DNA of 63,887 bases, filler included, from Folioceros fuciformis (lineage: Eukaryota): the NCBI GenBank assembly GCA_049999805.1. It is 11 parts of 11 records of this genome, joined end to end, with 100 filler letters (N's around TTAATTAATTAA, not from the genome) between each part and the next. Parts side by side here need not be neighbours in the genome. Positions count along the whole stretch, not along the records: positions 54,735 to 59,957 come from JBNGIO010003152.1; positions 60,058 to 63,887 come from JBNGIO010003158.1; 9 more parts are not named here. The stretch is one strand, 5' to 3'. The first letter of the stretch is position 1; each line of letters opens with the position of its first letter. Positions 57,380 through 63,887 of the stretch are shown in pieces. A program made the translations under genes and the position numbers. The notes under the pieces are model-generated. The model made no database searches, had not been told where the DNA came from, and worked only from the letters and a program-made list of their open reading frames with translations.

Positions 57380-59957
57380 TGAAGTTATTAAGACATGGAC
57401 TAGGATCGGCCGAACAGGAGCAAGACGTGCGTGAGAAAAAAGATTATGAATTATGTTGTGTCCGTCGGCCTTTCTGGTTGCGCGAACAGGAGGTCGGTAC
57501 GGCAGTTAGCCGTTTCCTAGCAGTTGGCCGTTGGCCTTCTGCCAGTATAGCTAGGGTAGTGTTTCGTATCTAAATATGTAAAACCCTAACTAGCATAAGT
57601 GTTCGATTATTAAAGTAATTAGGGCACAACCCTTTTCTAACGCTCCCACTTGCTCGACACTTTGTGCTCGCCGCCAGCCTCTGGCAGGAAACATGAATCT
57701 TGGCCAGATGTCTGCGGTTTGGATCTCGATGGCCTGCCTTTTGCTTGTCGCTAGAATCATTGCTAAGCTTGAGAGAGCGTGCACTGCATCACGCCGCCAC
57801 CGTCCTTCTTCAGATTGCCTGAGTGAGGATGAAAAAGTCCTTAGCCATCTTCGCATGCTCCAGACCAAGCTGAGAGAGTCCAGGGGTCTTGCGCCTCCAG
57901 ACCTTGAAGGCTTGCAGCGCCTTCCAAAGTTTTCTCGATGTCCACAGTTGAACATGTTGTTGAAGCAAGTAGAGATCGGCCAGGATGGCAGCTTGACACT
58001 TCGTTACTCTCCATGGTTCCGCGAGGATCCTGAGTGAGCTTGAATTCCCTGCAAAACAAACAGCGTGCACCCATCCTTTTGTGCAGCTGCCTTGGTGAGG
58101 TGCCGCCCTGACCAGTAATTGGTTTGTCTGTGCGGCCAAAGCCGGTGCAGTGCTTGTCGTGCTTATCTCGTGAGAGTGGCTTTGTAAATATGTCCGCTGT
58201 GTTGTCATCTATGGGGACGTTCTCTAGGTGGATATGCCCATCTGCTATTGCTTGCTGTTTGAAATGAAACCTAACATCTATGTGCCTCGTGCGTGCGTGC
58301 ATGACCGGATTCCGAGACAACGCGATGGCGGACTGATTGTCACAGAATATGGTCGTCGGCTCAGGTTGTGTCATCCCGATGGAGTCCAACAAAGCTCTTG
58401 CATGCAGCACTTCCTGTGTGGCCGATGTCGTTGCTATGTACTCTGCCTCAGTGGAGGACAGAGGAACGATTTGCTGCCTTTTACAGGTCCAGGAGATGGT
58501 GCTCCCACTCAAAATCACACAGTAAGCCGTGACCGAGTTGCGAGTATCCTTATCTCCTGCCCAGTCCGCATCAGTAAAGCAGACTAAAGTAGGAGGTATC
58601 TTGCCTGGCTGATGCTTGTATAGGAGGCCGAGCTTCGGATGCAATTTCAGGTATCTCAAAGCTCTCTTTGCCTTCGTCCAATGCTGCTGTCCAGGGTTAG
58701 ATATATACTTCGAAATGTTGTGAGAAGACAGAGCAAGATCCGGTCTCGTCCAGCCACTCAGCCAGACTAGGCACCCTGCTAGTTCGCCGTAGGGAATGCC
58801 TAACATCTCCTGCCTCTCTTTGTCTGTTGTAGGTGCCTGGTCCATCGAAGAGAAATCTCCCACTGTGAGAGGTGTACTTACAGGCTTGCAGTCCTTCATA
58901 CCAAACTTTTCGAGGAGCCTGCACACATAATGCTCCTGGTGGATGAAGATACTTGAATCTACAAGGTTGACGATGGCTTGCACTCCTAGAAAGAACTTGA
59001 CCATGCCCAGGTCAGTCATTTTGAATTCTGAGGACAGGATGTCCTTCACTATCTGCATTATCTTTGGTGCACTTGCAAAAATTAGCGTGTCATCAACATA
59101 TAGAGCGAGGTACGCCACCGCATCCCCTTCTCTCAAAATATATACATTGCCATCTGCTGGTGATTGTACAAAACCTGACTTGATCAAGTATTGATGGATG
59201 CGATTGTACCGGGCTGTTGGAGACTGTTTCAGGCCATACAGCGTCTTCTGTAACTTACAGAAGTGATTCGGATGTGACTTGCTGATGTAGCCCTCCGGCT
59301 GCTCAATGTAAACTTCTTCTTCCAGGGTACCGTTCAGAAAGGCAGTTTGTACATCCATTTGGTGCACTTGCATCTTCATTTGTGCAGCAACAGCCAGCAG
59401 TGCCCTTACAGAGGTAGACTTCACAACTGGAGAGAAGATCTCATTATAGTCGAGGCCTTCTCGTTGTGAGAACCCTCGCACCACTAACTTTGCTTTGAAG
59501 CGAGCTGTGCTCCCATCAGGATGGAGTTTCCGCTTGAAGACCCATTTGCAAGTAATGGGTTGTCTGCCTGGAGGAAGAGGGCACAGCTGCCAGGTATGGT
59601 TGTCGATCAAAGACTGATACTCTGAATCAATAGCAGCCTGCCACTCTTTGTGCTCCTTTGAAGTCAAAGCTTCCTGGTAGGACGCGGGTTCATCCAAATC
59701 TTGTGCAGCCATCAATGCTTGCGCCAGGAGAGCTCTGTGGGACACGTTCACTGCAGGCTGGGTGGTCCCCTCCACTACAGGCATACCTTCATGTCCTTCG
59801 TCTTCTGCAGCAGGTAAGACTTCATGTACCTCCTCGACGGCTGGCAAAACTGATGTGGATGACACCTTTCTCCCCCGTTTGGCAGCAGGGCGAGAGAAAG
59901 TGGGGGACAATGGTGGCTCCCTCCATGCAGCCGGTGAGGAAGTGTGGTGTCTGGCGG
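57380..59957 (-). mobile_element. Ty1/Copia 3' half (RT-RNase H, antisense extra ORF, PPT, 3' LTR ~57642-57380)
   Basis: ORF 59910-57841: EPASYQEAL, CKWVFK, HQMDVQTAFLNG, YGLKQSP, LYVDD, FTDADWAG, SSTEAEY, RTRHID, ADIFTKPL. PPT AGTGGGAG is followed by (C)GTTAGAAA at 57642. Confidence 0.92.
57693..58037 (+). CDS. Antisense 3' extra ORF of the Copia element (114 aa, hydrophobic N-terminus)
   Basis: The ATG lies ~45 bp inside the PPT. MNLGQMSAVWISMACLLLVARIIAKLE is signal/TM-like. Same position and orientation as 22441-22857. Confidence 0.45.
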   Translation: MNLGQMSAVWISMACLLLVARIIAKLERACTASRRHRPSSDCLSEDEKVLSHLRMLQTKLRESRGLAPPDLEGLQRLPKFSRCPQLNMLLKQVEIGQDGSLTLRYSPWFREDPE

Positions 59958-60295
59958 NNNNNNNNNNNNNNNNNNNNNNNNNNNNNNNNNNNNNNNNNNN
60001 NTTAATTAATTAANNNNNNNNNNNNNNNNNNNNNNNNNNNNNNNNNNNNNNNNNNNNCGTGCTGCCTTGCTGGCCTTGTGCCTTCTACGCCCGGGGTGCC
60101 CTCTACACCTGCGATGTCTCTCCAATGAGTTTGCGGTCGGGTCTCCGGCTCCAGCTCCGGCTCTTGCTCTGCACTGCAAGTAGATTGGAGACCCTTGTAC
60201 GCAGCAGCGTGCTCACTTCGAAGTTCCCTTGTGCATCTTGTCCGCAGCAACGCGAGCCATCACCATTGCTCCACAACCCAAATTCCACAGCCTAG

Positions 60296-60698
60296 GCTCT
60301 GATACCACTTGAAAGGATCGCTAGAGGAGCATGATGAAAGAGAGGAGAGGAGAAAGAGAGGTCACACTCTCTCACAATAGAGTCTCACAATACAAGGGAG
60401 CTCAAGGGGGTATTTATACCCTCTAGAAGAGCTCCTTAGGAAGCTTCACAAGAAGCCCACAGGAAGCTGCACAAGAAGCTTCCTACAGATTAGCTTAAGC
60501 TAAACTAAACTAATGATACTTAACTAGACACTAATCTTAGACTAAACAAAATGCAAACCTCAAACCTACAAAATGCGTAGGTATGTTCGCCGCGTAAGTT
60601 GACCACCAGAGAGCAAGGAACACAAAATGAGACTCAAACAGACACAAAAGAGAAAAGAAGACACAAATCAAACCATTATGTGGACAAAGCACTCAACA
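60296..60698 (-). mobile_element. 5' LTR (60698-60310) and tRNA-iMet PBS (60307-60296) of another LTR element
   Basis: GCTCTGATACCA, then CT, then TGAAAGG...CTCAACA on the plus strand; TATAAATA on the minus strand at ~60411-60418. The outer boundary is inferred from TG...CA. Confidence 0.75.
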
Positions 60699-62135
60699 TG
60701 GTAGGATAGGAGCCTGTCCCATATCCCAAAATTTCACGTTCCACACCTCGCGAGTCCACTAGATGCTAGTGGTCTGCAAGCGTAGGTTCCGAGTGGACTA
60801 CATTGTCTAGTTTGGTTTGCTAACTCAACATCGTCTTTTGCATGAAGAAAATGTTTCCATGTGGTCGCAAATGGGGAAACTTATTTTGGGAGGGATGCTT
60901 ACCAATACGAAGCACAAGGGGAGCCGTTGGATTTCAAGGAGTTGGAGATAACTCTAAACAAGGAGACAGTCTAACTACATAGCAAGATCTTACAAACTAA
61001 TGAGGAGTTGCTGAAGATTGCTCACTGGAAGGCTATCAGCCTACATGGCAACAACTAGGCGGAGTTGAAGAAAGCTTTTTCTTCCTTGACAAAGTGGAAG
61101 GAGGACAGTGGCATGGATGTTGAGGATTCTGAATGGGAGGAAGTACCAAAGCACAATGATGAAGAATGGGCATGAGAAGCTACAAAAACTCTGTCTAATT
61201 TGGCAGACCTTTTGCCATGGGAGGTATCTGCCATTGGTGGATATACGGAAAGCAAAGCGGTCCTACCTACGAACGATGGAGGTGGGCACCTCGAAAATGA
61301 CAACACTCCTGCTGAAGGAGCGAAAGTACCTAAGGTCATCAAAGGAGCAGCAAAGGGTGTTATTGTGCAGATAGAGAGAAAGCCTACCCGTGGCATACGT
61401 AGCCCTACGCAAGAGAAAGGTGAATGTCAAGAGTTGGATAAGGGCACATAGATTGCGATTTCAATTGTGTAGGAGGCCCAAGGGGCAAAGCATCTTTCTC
61501 TGCAGAGGCAGCCCTAACCCCATTAGTGACTCTGGAGTGGCATCCAAGGGGATTAACCCCATTCCAAAGAGATCAATACACTTCCTCCACAGTGCTCCAA
61601 GAGGCATAAGAAGGAGGATTAGAGAAGAGAAGATGAGTCCAATAAGCTGAAGCATTCAAACTACACGACGTATAGATATAGAAGAGGATAGCAAGTGAAT
61701 CTCTAGATATAGAAATTTCCGATTACCTCTTAGGTAGATGGTTTACTTACTAGACTACTTTTTGGTTTTATCTTAATATTACCTCTAAATACCTAGCCCT
61801 TAATAGTCAATAGGCTAGGACTATAAGATGGGCTTATATTGCTCACCTCCATGTGGAATTCTGGCTTTGCAAAAGGATTTTTGGGTGTGGTGTTTTTGGA
61901 CTCAGCTTGGAGAGCCCTTATTGTGCTGATTTTTGGAGGATTGAATCCTTCATTCTGAGGGGATTGTCACCCTGTTCTTTTGCCCCAATTTTCTCACTAG
62001 TGGTGTTGCTCGATTTCAAACACCAAGAATAACACATTCGCTCACGAGCACAGACCAAGGAAGCCTACAACAATAGTGGGTGTGGCCACTACACGAGGAA
62101 TCTAGGGGTTCCTAGGTTTTGCGTCCACATGTTTT

Positions 62136-62357
62136 TTTGAAAAGGTGAAGATTGGATTTTTGCTTGTCGGCAACACGCATGATGTTGTTGATAAGATGTT
62201 CTCTTGTTTTTCTAGGACCCTAAAACATAAGAAGGCTCTTTCATTGGATAATATGTTGGAGATTATAACATAGGTGTACATGTTGAACTCGGAAGTGCGG
62301 ATTGTTATAGAGGTGCCTTATTTTAGATGCTATGTTTGGCCAAAAGGTATGGGCAAG
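62136..62357 (+). pseudogene. Sola-like DDD transposase fragment
   Basis: Hand translation FEKVKIGFLLVGNTHDVVDKMFSCFSRTLKHKKALSLDNMLEII resembles the FLxxGHTHxxxDxxFS motif. It is cut by the LTR at 62358. Confidence 0.65.
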
Positions 62358-63887
62358 TGTGGAGTCCACATGGTAAATAGATCCCATGGAAAAATGGTAT
62401 TGTTTTTTTTTTTTTTGAGTTTTGGTTGAATTCCATGAGGAAGTAGTTAGGAAATTAAGCTAGGTAGTGGTTGTGGGCGAAAGGTGAACGACTAGGTTGT
62501 TCCCTGGGTCGGGTGTGCGTAGAACCCTAGGGCTGTGCGTGTCAAGGCGAGCTGGGGTTTCCCTGGGAGGTGTCGGTGGAATCCGGGGACAATGATGGGG
62601 ATGTCAGGCCTTTGTGCCCGGTGCATCGGCTGGACAAGACCATGGGAGTCTGAAGAGGTACAACTCTTCAGACAGAGGCTATAAAAGCCCACCTCTTGTA
62701 ATCAATTGTATCAAATAGTAAAGCACTATCTTTGATCAAATGCTTCTACAAAGCACCACAAACTTGGTATCAGAGCACAAGTTTGATTACTGAGTTCATC
62801 ATGCATTATGATGTGAATCTAGATGTTCTTCTAATATGCAACGTCTTTCTTATGCCTTTGGTATTTGTAATATGAAGCTATTTTATACTTATTCATAGTT
62901 TCTCTTATACTTAACTAAACATGTTTTTCTAATAAAATAGTTTGGCTGCTTCTATGATTAACCTTTATATTCATTAAAGTTTCATGGATCATTACCACTC
63001 TCTCATTCTTCATCTTATTCCTTTTAGCACTCTTCTCGCTCTTCCTTGCACAAAATTTTGTTTCTTTATTGTTTGACATAAAGTTACAACATGGCAAGAA
63101 GAAACAATCACAAGAGCTATCATGCAAGGAGGAATGGAGAATTAGAGAGGAGAAGTAGACGTAGAGTGCATCCTTGATGTTCTCATAACTGTAATAGGCT
63201 GAATTCTACATTTCTCAACAACCTAGGGAGGAAGATAGGAGGATCCAACTTCTTTCTTCAAAATGATTTGCTGACATCTTCGACAGAAAGTATACCAAGC
63301 CATCAAAGGTTATTTAGACATCGGTCTACTAGTGATGATCCTCGTCTGCTTCGATGCCGTCGAGATACTTTTAGTGATTAGTATATTAAGTTCACCTCCT
63401 ATCCTTCAGACAATAAGGAGATAGATTCACCTTTTTATTCTCCAACCACACCAGTTGCAAGTAATTCTTCGTCACATCGTCCTAATCAATCAGGTCAACA
63501 TCACCGTATGACCACTGCTAAGAAATTTTATTACGCTGATGGACGGACAACTTCACCCCCAGCAAATATTCAACAAGTCACTCACAAAGTGCAAGCAAAT
63601 CATGCAACCTCCTACCAACAACTGCAAGCGGAAATCACAACAACTGCAGATTTCCTTTCTCACTTCAGAACACATCAGCATGGTTTGTCTCAAGATACCA
63701 CACCAACCTCAGCGCCCAGTGTTCATGCTCCATTAATTGCCAATGCCTCTTCAGATCTGCCACAACTAGGGAATACAAAAGTTGAAATTCACAAGAGTTC
63801 ACAACCAAATTCTAACAATCATTCTATTTCGAATCTCTGCTTGGAATCTTGACAATTTTGCAGCAACAATCTTCCACAAGAGGCGCC
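62358..63887 (+). mobile_element. 5' end of an LTR retrotransposon: LTR 62358-62760, PBS 62765-62776, leader and start of a degenerate ORF
   Basis: TGTGGAGTCCACA...GCACCACA, TATAAAA at ~62680, then AACT-TGGTATCAGAGC. Long frame from ~63260 to 63852 with one internal stop. Confidence 0.8.

Noticed and set aside
9532-60057. Ten regularly structured N/TTAATTAATTAA blocks as a biological repeat
   Set aside because: They are fixed-length scaffolding linkers. ORFs ending in XXXX-LIN are artefacts of them.
57380-60698. One Copia element spanning the 59958-60057 gap
   Set aside because: The LTR at 60310-60698 shows no similarity to the 3' LTR at ~57380-57642, so these are different elements.
60850-61700. 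Purine-rich, coding-like segment
   Set aside because: Multiple stops and no identifiable motif. It is probably TE debris but cannot be assigned.

Overview
Eukaryotic, intron-containing plant DNA, probably from a non-seed land plant such as a hornwort or other bryophyte (inference from gene style and TE types). It is scaffolded from 11 contigs joined by artificial 100-nt N/TTAATTAATTAA linkers. Four host genes are supported, all on the minus strand: plastid acetyl-CoA carboxylase BCCP (5 exons), a STIG1-like secreted cysteine-rich peptide, a class I small heat-shock protein with heat-shock elements, and a multi-exon pullulanase/limit dextrinase with an N-terminal CBM41-like module. The rest is nested transposon debris: several Ty1/Copia elements (one complete with LTRs and TSD, one with an uninterrupted 1486-codon gag-pol), Ty3/Gypsy fragments, L1 and RLE-type LINE fragments, and hAT and Sola-like transposase remnants. 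The standout is a decayed Ty3/Gypsy-like pol whose domain order is protease - C5 cytosine DNA methyltransferase (motifs I, IV, VI, VIII, IX, X) - start of RT. It is hidden because a 6.6-kb Copia element has inserted between methyltransferase motifs I and IV; removing that insertion restores the reading frame. The Copia elements also repeatedly carry an extra sense ORF upstream of gag and an antisense ORF downstream of pol.
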